Shown here one piece after another: positions 50,890-61,446 of a stretch of DNA of 64,000 nucleotides; positions within the stretch are counted from its first letter, which is position 1; every line of letters begins with the position of its first letter. This stretch comes from Bryobacterales bacterium. GTDB taxonomy: Bacteria; Acidobacteriota; Terriglobia; Bryobacterales; UBA6623. The notes beneath the pieces were generated by a model. It saw only the letters and a list, made by a program, of their open reading frames with translations. It had not been told where the DNA came from and did no database searches. A program made the translations under genes and the position numbers. The stretch spans positions 1,728,001-1,792,000 of the forward strand of contig OY729428.2 of the NCBI GenBank assembly GCA_963422375.2. The letters are read 5' to 3'.

Positions 50890-51937
50890 CGGTTATGCAC
50901 TTAGCTCTAGTATGCTCAAAGTTTGCGCTGCGAGCGGAGGTGTCGGGCGATGGGAAGCGATTCCGAGGCGTTCCCGCGGAACGCGGAACATCCTCGAATG
51001 CATGGAGCGGTTCGGTACGGAGCGGGCGTGCGCCGAGTACCTGGCCGCCGTGCGCTGGCCGCGCGGTTGCGCCTGCCCGCGCTGCGCGGGCGCCGAGGCG
51101 TGGACGACTGCGCGCGGCATCCTGTTCTGCAAGGCGTGCCGCCGGCAGACCTCCCCGACGGCCGGCACGGTCCTGCACAAGTCGCGCGTGCCGTGGCGCG
51201 GCTGGTTCCTCGCGATGCGGCTGGCTTGCACGCAGCAGACCGGGCCGAGCGCGGCGGGCTTGCAGCGCGAGCTCGGGCCGGGCAGCTACCGCACGGCCTG
51301 GCTGCTGCTGGCTGCTGCTGCCAGAGCTTCGCTCGGCGATGGCGAGGCTGGGCCGCGAACGCCTGCAGGGGGCGGTCGAGGTGGACGAGGCGTATGACGA
51401 GGCGTATGTCGGAGGCGCGGAAAAGGGCGTTTGCGGGAGGGAACCGGCCGAAAAGTGCCTGGTCGCGGTCGCCGCGGAGCTGGAGGGGCATGGCGCGGGG
51501 CGCATCCGCCTCCGGCACGTGCCGGACGCCTCGGGGGCGAGCCTGGCGGGTTAGGTAGCGGACTGCGTCGAGCCGGGCAGCCTCGTGCAGACGGACGGTT
51601 GGAGCGGCTATCGCAGCCTCGAGCGGCGCGGGTACCGGCATCAAGTGACCGTCACGCGCGGCAGCGGGGACGTTGCGGGCACGGCGTTTCCGCAAGTCCA
51701 CTGGGTGATCTCGCTGCTGAAGCGCTGGCTGCCGGCCACGCATCAGGGCAAGGTCGGCGCGAAGCACTTGCAGCTCTATCTCGACGAGTTCACGTTCCGC
51801 TTCAACCGGCGTCGGTCGCGTCACGTTGGCAAGATCTTCTACCGGCTCTTGGAGCAACTGGTCTTGCAGCGAGCGGCTACGTACCAAGAGCTAATCGACA
51901 GGCCGGAACAGCCTGACTAGAGCTAAGTGCATAACCG
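50890..51937 (+). mobile_element. IS1595-family element type C, pseudogenised
   Basis: TIR CGGTTATGCACTTAGCTCTAGT at both ends; RWP.G..CPRC, VEVDEAY, QTDGW, HLQLYLDEFTFRFNRR; frameshift and TAG; flanks not duplicated. Confidence 0.9.
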
Positions 51938-51946
51938 TATTCAGGG

Positions 51947-51962
51947 GTTTTGTCACAAGCAC
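51947..51962. repeat. Solo terminal repeat of the ISDol1-like element
   Basis: GTTTTGTCACAAGCAC followed by TATATA (TANNTA target), matching the 43159 end in reverse complement. Confidence 0.75.
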
Positions 51963-52281
51963 TATATAGTTCCCATAGTTTGAGAATCGCCCGAATGAGA
52001 CGCCCCAACCCAAAACGAGTGCAGTTGGTCGCACCTCGTGGCCGTGCAGCCCCGCAATGGGCGCCTCACGGCTCCTAGCCTCTAGCACCGCGCTGAATGG
52101 GACAATCGATCGTCATTCGCGAGAAGCCGTTGAAAGCCCGCCCTACTGCTAGACTCTCCGGCACGGCCACTTGGTCGACCTTCCAAATGAATCGACATGG
52201 GGCTGCTTGTACATGAGGCTAGCGGAGGACCAGAACTCGACGGGATCCAGTCAGTGGAGGAATAAGACCCTCAATTGATCA

Positions 52282-52714
52282 TTAGGTCTCATTGCTTGCA
52301 TCATGTAGGAACTTGATCGATGCTTCTCTACTGCGAAATGAACCTCGAACTTCATCCCCATTTGAGGATTCCATGAAAAGTTCATATCTTACGAAACTTC
52401 TTGGCCTCAACGATTCATCATAAGCCAAAATAAAACTGATCGCTGACTCTACAGAAGTGAGTTCTTGAAAATCGCCTGAAACAGGCAAAATAGACACGAT
52501 CTTGATGAACTGTGTGAGACTAGACTTCAATTTACGGAAGAATGATAGCCCGGACCGAGTCAATAGTGATGCAAGTTCATTGCGGAGTAGGCTCCTCGAG
52601 TTGGAGTCCAGCCCGTGTAATGCTGCGACTCTTCGCCGTAGTTCCTCTGTGGATGTACCCTCCTCTGACGACACATCTAGCCCTGCCCGATGGAATGCAT
52701 CCACAATACTTCTA
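52282..52714 (-). pseudogene. C-terminal fragment of a probable type II restriction endonuclease
   Basis: AT-richer; IVDAF..AGLDVS, ILPVSG...SVESAISFI..YDE, FVRYE....SNGDEVRGSF; lies downstream of, and co-oriented with, the MTase fragments. Confidence 0.5.
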
Positions 52715-53756
52715 CCTGGTTACCCACAAGACTCAGCCAAGGTTAGGAGGGGGTAAGGCCTGGGCGGGGTGCGCACGGAGGCGTGGAGCAGGCGGGGGAC
52801 CAGAGCCTCCAGGTCGTAGCGGCGGTTGCAGCGGTAGCGGAACTCGGCGAGGTACCGCGGCAGGTGCTTGCCGTCGAGCGCATGGCAGGTTCCCGCCAGG
52901 GACTGCTTGACGTTCGCCAGCATCGTGTTGACCCGGACGAAGCGGGAATCCGCGCAGCTCCGCTTCCCGCCTCCGGTGACGGTCGGCACGTGCTCGCAGC
53001 CGGCGTCGGCCACGTCCCGGAAGCAGGCCGGGCCGTCGGAATGCACCTTCGTGCCGGGCTGCAAGTGCCGCCCGGCCCACGCTGCCAGCGTCTTCTTGCG
53101 CAAGCCCGCCACGCTGGCCACGCTGCTCAGGCGCATCCTTGCCGGCTGGCCGGCGGCGCTGACCTGCACGGCGGCCACGAACGGCGTCTTGCCCGCCGCG
53201 CCGCGCCCGCGCTTGCCGCCGGTCCGCTCCCCGCCCCGGTAGGCGTCGTCCACCTGCACGATGCCGCCCGGCGGCACGCGCTCGTCGCGCTCCTTCATCG
53301 CTTGCAGGAGCTTGTGCTTCACCTTCCAGGCCGTGTTCCGGCTGACCCCCGGCTGCCGCGCCAGTTCCAGCGACGAAACGCCGTGCTTGCCCTGCGTCAG
53401 CAGGTGGAGCGCCAGGAACCGGACGGTCAGCGGCAGCTTGGTGGCGGCGAAGATCGTGCCGGCGACGAGGGAGGTCCGGCGGTGGCAGGCATGGCACTGC
53501 CAGAGCTTGCGGGAGCGGATGCGGCAGTGCCGGCGGGAGCCGCACTCCGGGCAGCGGAAGCCGTCCGTCCAGCGGGCCTTGAAGACGGCCTGCTCGCATG
53601 GCCCCTCGCTGCCGTAGCGCTGCAGGAACTTGCCCGGGCTGAGTCCCTTCTGGAATTGCACGCGATTGCGTTTCATCTGCTATCCCCTTTCCTATCAGAG
53701 ATTTCCGACCTCCTTCAGTATAGCATATCCTCGGCTGACGTTCGTTGGTAATCAGG
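52715..53756 (-). mobile_element. IS1595-family element type B (copy 2), ORF 52720-53676
   Basis: TIR CCTG(A/G)TTACC; near-identical to the 44907 and 55424 copies; flanks not duplicated. Confidence 0.92.
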
Positions 53757-53870
53757 TTTCTGATAAGCGAGACATAGGAGTCTAAGTTAGGAGCCATATG
53801 TTCCGCTTTCCTGATCACAGAGCTAACGCGGTCAAAATACTCATCTGGCGAAATGCGGTATGCAAGTTTA

Positions 53871-55414
53871 GGGAATTATATATCTGAGTGCCGAGGGAAT
53901 CAAGTCGGCAAATTATCAAGCCATTATAAGATTTCATATTTCTTCCGACTTTCCGTTGACATTCTGTGGTGTTTCTTGGTAGAATAGTTCCAGTAGGGGA
54001 TACCGTAAATGAAGAAACAAGGTCCCGGAAATTGGTTCCGTAAAGGCATCACCTTGATCGAAGTGATCGCCATGTTCTCCGATGACGAATCCGCGGAAAA
54101 GTGGTTCGCCTCCATGCGCTGGCCGGACGGTCCTGCGTGCCCCCGCTGCCGCGGCTCCAGCGTGCAGTCCGACGCGGCCCACCCTTCGATGCCGTACCGT
54201 TGCCGCGGCTGCGGCAAGCGCTTTTCGGTGCGCACCGGCAGCGTGACGGCCGACACCAAGCTCGGCTACCGCACCTGGGCCGTCGCCCTGTTCCTGCTGA
54301 CTACCGGCATCAAGGGCGTCTCGAGCATGAAGCTGCACCGCGACCTAGGCATCAGCCAAAAGTCGGCCTGGCACCTGGCGCACCGCATCCGCGCGTGCTG
54401 GGAGCGCGATCGGGGCCTGTTCGCCGGCCCGGTGGAGGTGGACGAGACCTACGTCGGCGGCAAGGAACGCAACAAGCACGAGAGGAAGAAGGCCCGCGCC
54501 GGGCGCGGGCCCGTCGGCAAGACGCCCGTGGCGGGGGCGCGGGACCGCGCCACGAACGCAGTGGCCGCGCGGCCGCTGCCGGGCACCGCCGAGGGCGACC
54601 TGCAGGGCTTCGCGCGCGCCCGCGTCGCGCCGGGGGCGCAGCTCCGCTCCGACGAGGCGGCGGCCTGCGCCGGCATGGCCGAGTTCGCGCACGAAGCCGT
54701 CAGGCACTCCGGCGCTCCGGCGGCGAGTACGTGCGCGGGGCAGCGCATGCGAACGGCATCGAGTCGTTCCGGTCCCTGTTCAAGCGCGGCCTCTACGAAA
54801 CCTATCACCGGATGAGCGTCCGTCATCCGGGTCGCTACCTCACGGAGTTCGCGGGACGGTACAACGACCGCGACTGCGACACGGCGGAACGGATGCGGCG
54901 CATGGCGCGGGGCTTGGTCGGCCGGACGCTGACCTACCGGCAGCTGACCGGCAAGGCCGCGGTCGCGGCCTGAGCGGCGCCCGCCGCGCTGAGCGCGGCA
55001 GCCCGCTGTGGGCGCGCGCTTCACACTCGGTGCGCTTCACGCTCGGTACGAGGGGCGCACCGGATCCGGAATGTCCCGGCGCGACCCCGGTCCGGTCCGG
55101 ACCGTCCATGCAGGCCGTCGAGCGCCGGGGATCCGCTGTCTTCGGCCCTCGCAGGGCCTGCAAGCGGCTTGCAAGGGGTGTCCTGCCACCGCCAACCGGG
55201 TGCCACCGGGGCAACCGGGGCAGGCGAGGCGGCCTCTCTAGTCCCTTCCTCGTCCAATCCGCTGGCAGGCTCCATTCAGATACGATCCCACCCCACTCCA
55301 CCCCTCTGTGCCCGCCGCGGCCGCACTCGCATGACCCCAGCTCGACACCCACCTCCCTGCTCACAGCAGTTCTAGTCGGACATGGCGTTGTCGGCACTCA
55401 GATATATAATTCCC
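53871..55414 (+). mobile_element. IS1595-family element type A, full length, frameshifted transposase (54009-54973)
   Basis: 24-bp TIRs; CPRC/CRGC, GVSSMKLHRDLGISQKSAW, VEVDETYVGG, NGIESF, YLTEF; 8-bp duplication at 54707-22. Confidence 0.92.
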
Positions 55415-55423
55415 AAATTAATT

Positions 55424-56456
55424 CCTGATTACCAACGAACATCAGCCGAGGATATGCTATACTGGAGGAGGTCGGAAACCTCTGACAGGAAAGGGGATAG
55501 CAGATGAAACGCAATCGCGTGCAATTCCAGAAGGGACTCAGCCCGGGCAAGTTCCTGCAGCGCTACGGCAGCGAGGGGCCATGCGAGCAGGCCGTCTTCA
55601 AGGCCCGCTGGCCGGACGGCTTCCGCTGCCCGGAGTGCGGCTCCCGGCGGCACTGCCGCATCCGCTCCCGCAAGCTCTGGCAGTGCCATGCCTGCCACCG
55701 CCGGACCTCCCTCGTCGCCGGCACGATCTTCGCCGCCACCAAGCTGCCGCTGACCGTCCGGTTCCTGGCGCTCCACCTGCTGACGCAGGGCAAGCACGGC
55801 GTTTCGTCGCTGGAACTGGCGCGGCAGCCGGGGGTCAGCCGGAATACCGCCTGGAAGATGAAGCACAAGCTCTTGCAAGTGATGAAAGAGCGCGACGAGC
55901 GCGTGCCGCCGGGCGGCATCGTGCAGGTGGACGACGCCTGCCGGGGCGGGGAGCGGAGCGGCGGCAAGCGCGGTCGCGGCGCGGCGGGCAAGACGCCGTT
56001 CGTGGCCGCCGTGCAGGTCACCGCCGCCGGCCAGCCGGCAAGGATGCGCCTGAGCAGCGTGGCGGGCTTCCGCAAGAAGACGCTGGCAGCGTGGGCCGGG
56101 CGGCACTTGCAGCCCGGCACGAAGGTGCATTCCGACGGCCCGGCCTGCTTCCGGGGCGTGGCCGGCGCCGGCTGCGAGCACGTGCCGACCGTCACCGGAG
56201 GCGGGCAGCGGAGCTGCGGGGATTCCCGCTTCGTCCGGGTCAACACGATGCCGGGGAACGTCAAGCAGTCCCTGGCGGGAACCTGCCATTCGTTCGACGG
56301 CAAGCACCTGCCGCGCTACCTCGCCGAGTTCCGCTACCGCTTCAACCGCCGCTACGATCTCGAGGCGCTGGTCCCCCGCCTGCTCCACGCCTCCGTGCGC
56401 ACCCCGCCCAGGCCTTACCGCCTCCTAACCTTGGCTGCGTCTTGTGGGTAATCAGG
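55424..56456 (+). mobile_element. IS1595-family element type B (copy 3), ORF 55504-56451
   Basis: TIR CCTGATTACC; 8-bp TSD AATTAATT (55416-23, 56457-64). Confidence 0.93.
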
Positions 56457-56519
56457 AATTAATTTATGGACTGATAATTTGCAAAATCGGTTGCCTAGGC
56501 ACTCAGATATATAATTCCC
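56457..56519 (-). repeat. Isolated inverted left end of IS1595 type A
   Basis: Reverse complement matches the start of the 40285 element; followed by CAAGTTTA. Confidence 0.88.
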
Positions 56520-57104
56520 CAAGTTTAGCCTGCACGATCTTGGAAATGGAAGGATGAGCCTCGATTCCCCAAGACTCAATCCCGCATTGCTCGGCAGCGA
56601 TTAGAGTTGTACCGCATCCTACAAACGGGTCCAAGACACGCGCATGATTCTTCTTGACTTCAAGAGAAATAACCCCTTCAGCCCATGCACCGCTGAATCC
56701 CGCGCTGTACCGAAACCACCGGTGAACCGGCAGCCTCATGTTGCCCACGAAGCTGGACGACCTCTCTTCAGCGGGAATCGTGGCTTCCATAATCACCGTA
56801 ATGCTAGGGTAGTGGACCGCACTGCGGGCGAATGGCAGGCCGGATGGGTTGGGACGCAGCTTGACGATTCACCTCTAACAAGCGCTTGGGGGCTCCAAAC
56901 CGCATTTGACAACCGATCTGATTGAGGATAGCATACTCGGAGAGGCTCGGCGCGTCGGCACCCGCTTGAAGCGCCTTCTGCCGATGAGTTCGGACGGACG
57001 TCTGGAGTGTCGTTGGAGCACTGCGATGTCAGGCGACTTTCGCAGACGCTCAAGTGTCATCAGGCCAGGCATGTCCTGCCGCCCCAGTGTCGTAACGAGT
57101 CGAG

Positions 57105-58589
57105 TCACTCGCTACTCGATGCAACCCGCTCGAGGAGCGCGAGGAGTTCGCGCTCGATCGTCACCGACGCCCGCTTCTCGACTTGACTGGTCCCGAGCCA
57201 CGTTTCGTATCCGCCGAGCTCGTGCTGCTCCGGCGTCGGGAGGTACTTCTCGGCGCCGTTGGCGAGCGAGATGACGAACGTCGGTCGGAGCGGACTGGCG
57301 CGCTTGATCGCCAGACCTGTCTCCGCGAACGTCTCGAAGGGCAATGCCGCCATTCCTAGGTCGCCTACCCGGATCGCCTGGAGGAGGACTCCGACCTCGT
57401 CCGGGCCGTCGTTGAGTCGGACCGCCCGCTGGGCATAAATCAGCGGCCTTGCTTCCGTGGCCTCGGGCGGGCTGGCGAGCAGTCTGCGCGAGCGCTCCAG
57501 AATCCGGGTCGACGGCTTCCGGAGCGCAAGCGTGACTTCGCTCTGGGCCATCGATACTTCGGCCTGCCTCCGGTGCTCGATGGATCCATAGATGCCGAGG
57601 ACCGTGTCCGCTAGCTCGGCCGCCACCCTCCGGACCTGCTCAAACGGTTCCTTCGGCACTCTCGGCTTGGAGAAATCGAGGTTGTTGACATTGCCGCTGG
57701 TTCCGTTCGCAAGGATGCCCACGAAAGTCCCTGCGGCCCCCATCCGCTGGGCGACTACCCTTGCGAATTCCCCGAAGTAATCAGCCGAGACCCGCCCGGC
57801 GGGGATCCCTCCCACGTAGTGCAGCGAGTAGTTCGCCAGCAGGGCCAGAGGCTCGCCCGCAGTTGACCGAACGGACAGCACCGACACCTCCGGATCGACC
57901 GGACCCGACGGCTGGGCGAGGTCAGGGCTTGCGAACGGAGGATTCATGCGCACCCTGTCCGTTGTTTTGCCGAACGGGTCCGGCGGTATCGCCCCTTCCT
58001 TCATGAACCACCGCCGGTTGAACACCTCGCCCGGAAGCGCTCCCGTGCCCCATCCGACCTCCGCGGGCTCGAGGCGCTCGTGGGCCGCGACTATCGAGGA
58101 AGCAATGCCGTCGATCAGTCGCTCCGAATAGAGCGCCTCGTTCTCTTCGAGACGCTCGACCTCCAGGCCGCGCAGGCCGGTGTCCGGGGCGGGCGGAGGA
58201 GCGGAATGGGTGTGCGTGGCGGCGACTAGGATTCGGTTCGTGGCGAGGCCGATGGCTGACTGCACTCGTCGCTTCGCTTCGTCAAGGATTTCGCGGGGAA
58301 TGTAGCAGCTGTCGACGATCGCGATCGCCACCGGCGTGTCGCCGTTCCGAAGGACTAGCGCTCGGGAATGCAGGGGGTCGTGCGCGGCGGTCGCCGGACG
58401 GTAGCGGAAGGACCCGATGAGGGGAAGCGGCCATGCCTGCGGCGTGATGTCCACTGCCGCTGCCCCGGCGAGCACGTCGATCCGGTTCGGGGCGCTGCAT
58501 CCAAGCGGAAGAGTCACTACCCCTAGAATCAGCAGTGCGGCTGCGCTCCGGCAAATCTTGCGTTCGCTCGACCTCGCATGAACCCTCAT
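57105..58589 (-). CDS. Neutral/alkaline ceramidase N-terminal-domain-like hydrolase (lipoprotein)
   Basis: GAAAVDITP, HDPLHSRAL, AATHTHSAP, FNRR, GPVDP, NYSLHY, SADYFG, YLPT...GGYE. Confidence 0.8.
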   Translation of the reverse strand: MRVHARSSERKICRSAAALLILGVVTLPLGCSAPNRIDVLAGAAAVDITPQAWPLPLIGSFRYRPATAAHDPLHSRALVLRNGDTPVAIAIVDSCYIPREILDEAKRRVQSAIGLATNRILVAATHTHSAPPPAPDTGLRGLEVERLEENEALYSERLIDGIASSIVAAHERLEPAEVGWGTGALPGEVFNRRWFMKEGAIPPDPFGKTTDRVRMNPPFASPDLAQPSGPVDPEVSVLSVRSTAGEPLALLANYSLHYVGGIPAGRVSADYFGEFARVVAQRMGAAGTFVGILANGTSGNVNNLDFSKPRVPKEPFEQVRRVAAELADTVLGIYGSIEHRRQAEVSMAQSEVTLALRKPSTRILERSRRLLASPPEATEARPLIYAQRAVRLNDGPDEVGVLLQAIRVGDLGMAALPFETFAETGLAIKRASPLRPTFVISLANGAEKYLPTPEQHELGGYETWLGTSQVEKRASVTIERELLALLERVASSSE

Positions 58590-58814
58590 TCTGCCGACCG
58601 CTCCCGCTGGCCTATACTACAGGAGGCACTGCAAATCGTCGTTTCCGGTACGCGGTCTCGGTGTCGGGCCGAAGTCTGGATGCCGGTCGCGTCGCGTGAC
58701 GGCGGGAATTCGGCAGCGGCTTCGGGCCTGAAGGTCGGCTCCCTGCACGATTCGCGCCCCGCACGCGATTCTATGTCGAAGGCCCCCGGGGCGGCTGGTA
58801 GGCTGAGGTGCGCA

Positions 58815-61346
58815 ATGAAGCAGAGGCTGCGTGGTTGCGTATTGCCACGTTCGCTGGTTGTCGCGGCAGCTCTCGCAGCCGCTTCGGCATACTCGCTGGC
58901 CCAGTCTCCCGACCACGCGGTACTCGGTCAGGCCTTCCTGTCGGGGTCGCAAGGCGAGCACTTCGGCGTCGCCGGAGCAACGGTTGAACTGCACTCGATC
59001 GCCGTGGAGGAGCCCGACCCCGCAGGTGGTGGTGGCGTCGGCCCGGCCACGGCCGAGGCCGACGAGCTGGGGTTGTTTCGTTTCGACGGCCTCGCGGAAG
59101 GATGCTATTTCCTGATCGCGAGTTCGCCGGGTCTCAGCGGCCAGAGCGACATCCTGTGCGTTCCCTCCGGCGAAGGCCCCCTCCGGATTGACGTCGAACT
59201 GGATGTGGAGACGGTCGTCGAGTCCGTCGAAGTCACAGCATCCGTCATCGCGATCGATCCCACCGAGACAACTTCGTCCGGCTCGGTCGGTGTGTCGACC
59301 CTCGACAACGCTCCCAAGGCGAACCGGAGCGTCGAGGACGTGATGCCGCTGATTCCCGGAGTCCTGCGGGGGCGTGCCGGCGAGATCAACATGAATGGAG
59401 TGCGCGCCACGCAGAGCGGGTCGCAGCTCAACAACGTTGACGTCACCGACCCGGTTGCCCGCACATCCGAGATGACGCTTCCGCTGAGCGTCGTGTCCAG
59501 TGTCGAGGTTCTATCGAGCCCCTACGACGCGCAGTACGGCGGATTCGCCGGGGCCATGTCCACGGTCGAGACCAAGGCAGCCGATCCGTCCGAGTTCCGC
59601 TTCGACCTGCAGAACTTCACGCCGCGCATCCGGCGGCGCGCCGGACGGGTGATCGGCGTCGAGTCGAGCACTCCCCGCCTGACGGTGAACGTGCCATTGA
59701 TTTCGAATCGGGTGGCGTGGCTGCACGCTACCGAATACCAGTACGTCCGCGCCGACCAGGAGGACGCCAACCTCCCTCTGATGGAAAGAGACGTCGAGCG
59801 CGAGATGTTCACGATATTCAATCAGTTCGACGCCTTCGTCTCCGAGAAGAACACGGCGTCGCTCACCGCGCTGGTGTATCCGGAGAAGTTCAACTACTTC
59901 GGACTCAACGCCTTCACGCCGCAGGCATCGACGGCGGATCTGCGCAAGAGGGCGTTTCTCTACACGATCAAGGACTCGCATCAGTTCGCCTCCGGCGGCG
60001 TGCTGCTGTCCCATTTCTCCATCCAGGATCTTGCCAACGACGTCAAGCCGCTCGGGCTGGATCCTAGCGTGATTGGCCTTGACCGCGCTTCGGGCTCCTT
60101 CTTCAATCGGCAGTCCCGAACGACGACCCGGCGCAAGTTATCCGAGCTCTTCCACTTCCGCCCCCGTGGGGCCCACCAGCTCAAGGCCGGCTTTGAATGG
60201 GGCTGGGAAAGCTACCGAGGGAGCCATAGGTACAGTCCCGTAACGTGGCTTGGCGCGAGCGGTCAGCCCGTCCTAGGCCTGCGCTACACCTCGCCGGTCG
60301 AGGTTCGCGGCCGCAAGACCGACCTGTCTGCGTTTCTCCAGAACAAATGGACGGTCAACGACCGGCTGACTCTCGACTTGGGTGCGCGGCTCGAGCGGGA
60401 CTCGCTCTCGGCGCAGCTGAATCCGTCGTACCGAGCCGGGTTCGCCTATGCCTTCGGCGGTGGGTCGCGAACCGTGCTGCGGGGCGGCTCGGGACTGTTC
60501 ATTGATCGGATCAGCCTGCTCGTGCCGACCTTCGAGGCTCTTCCCCTGCGCATCGAGACCCTTTTCGGCCCTGGCGGGACCGTGGAGTGGGAGCGGCGGC
60601 TGCAATCGCGCTTCGACGGGCCCGTCCGCAATGCGCGCAGCCTCGGGTGGAACTTCCAGCTGGACCGGGAGCTTGTCGAGAACCTATTCCTGCGCACCGG
60701 CATCCAATACCGCCGGACTGTCAGCAACTTCCTGATCGACCCGGTCTACGCACGAGACCCGAGGGCGGGACGTGACGCGCTGACGATGAGCAGCGACGGC
60801 CGTGACCACTACCGCGAGTTTCAGGTGTCCCTTCGCTACCGGCTGAGCGGGACAGGGCACATCACCGCCTCGTACGTCCGGTCCAGCTCGTCCGGCGACT
60901 TGAACGACCTCGGCTCGATTTACGGGCCGACGCCTTCGGCGCTGATCCTCCCGAACGAGCGGGCCCCGTTGCGATTCGACGTACCGCATCGCATGCTGAC
61001 ATGGACCGAGTTCAACCTGCCGTGGGGCCTGAAGACGATTCCGGTTTGGGAAGTGCGCAGCGGATTTCCCTACTCCAAAGCGGACGAGTACCGGCGCTTC
61101 GTCGGCCCTCGGAATCGCGCCGGCAGGTTTCCGGTATTCAACGCGCTCGATCTGCAGGTGACCAAGAAGGTGACCATCCCTTTCAGGGGCAAGGACCGGC
61201 GCTTCCGGGCCGGCATCCGGCTGTTCAACCTGCTCAACAACTTCAACCCTCAGGATGTCCAGGGCAACCTTGCCAGCCCGCATTTCGGGATGTTCTACAG
61301 GGGCGTCAAGCGGAAGATCCGGGCGGTGTTCGAAATCGGCTACTAG
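58815..61346 (+). CDS. TonB-dependent receptor with carboxypeptidase-regulatory-like N-domain
   Basis: GAGGTG RBS; LIPGV, PYDAQYGGF, LTLDLGARLE, terminal FEIGY. Confidence 0.87.
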   Translation: MKQRLRGCVLPRSLVVAAALAAASAYSLAQSPDHAVLGQAFLSGSQGEHFGVAGATVELHSIAVEEPDPAGGGGVGPATAEADELGLFRFDGLAEGCYFLIASSPGLSGQSDILCVPSGEGPLRIDVELDVETVVESVEVTASVIAIDPTETTSSGSVGVSTLDNAPKANRSVEDVMPLIPGVLRGRAGEINMNGVRATQSGSQLNNVDVTDPVARTSEMTLPLSVVSSVEVLSSPYDAQYGGFAGAMSTVETKAADPSEFRFDLQNFTPRIRRRAGRVIGVESSTPRLTVNVPLISNRVAWLHATEYQYVRADQEDANLPLMERDVEREMFTIFNQFDAFVSEKNTASLTALVYPEKFNYFGLNAFTPQASTADLRKRAFLYTIKDSHQFASGGVLLSHFSIQDLANDVKPLGLDPSVIGLDRASGSFFNRQSRTTTRRKLSELFHFRPRGAHQLKAGFEWGWESYRGSHRYSPVTWLGASGQPVLGLRYTSPVEVRGRKTDLSAFLQNKWTVNDRLTLDLGARLERDSLSAQLNPSYRAGFAYAFGGGSRTVLRGGSGLFIDRISLLVPTFEALPLRIETLFGPGGTVEWERRLQSRFDGPVRNARSLGWNFQLDRELVENLFLRTGIQYRRTVSNFLIDPVYARDPRAGRDALTMSSDGRDHYREFQVSLRYRLSGTGHITASYVRSSSSGDLNDLGSIYGPTPSALILPNERAPLRFDVPHRMLTWTEFNLPWGLKTIPVWEVRSGFPYSKADEYRRFVGPRNRAGRFPVFNALDLQVTKKVTIPFRGKDRRFRAGIRLFNLLNNFNPQDVQGNLASPHFGMFYRGVKRKIRAVFEIGY

Positions 61347-61446
61347 GTCTCGGCCTGCGCCGACCATTCCAGGGGCCGCGGCGAAAGGCTTGGTTCCCCC
61401 GCGCTGACCCGGCCGGTCGCGGACGCTTCGATATACTCGGATCGGC

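Larger units (their letters stand above)
53757..56796 (-). pseudogene. Amino-DNA methyltransferase 5' part, interrupted by the 53871-56519 insertion and truncated at 53757
   Basis: PVHRWFRYSAGFS, VLDPFVGCGTT (motif I), GIEAHP; frame continues AKL|AYRISPDEYFDRV across the CAAGTTTA TSD. Confidence 0.85.
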
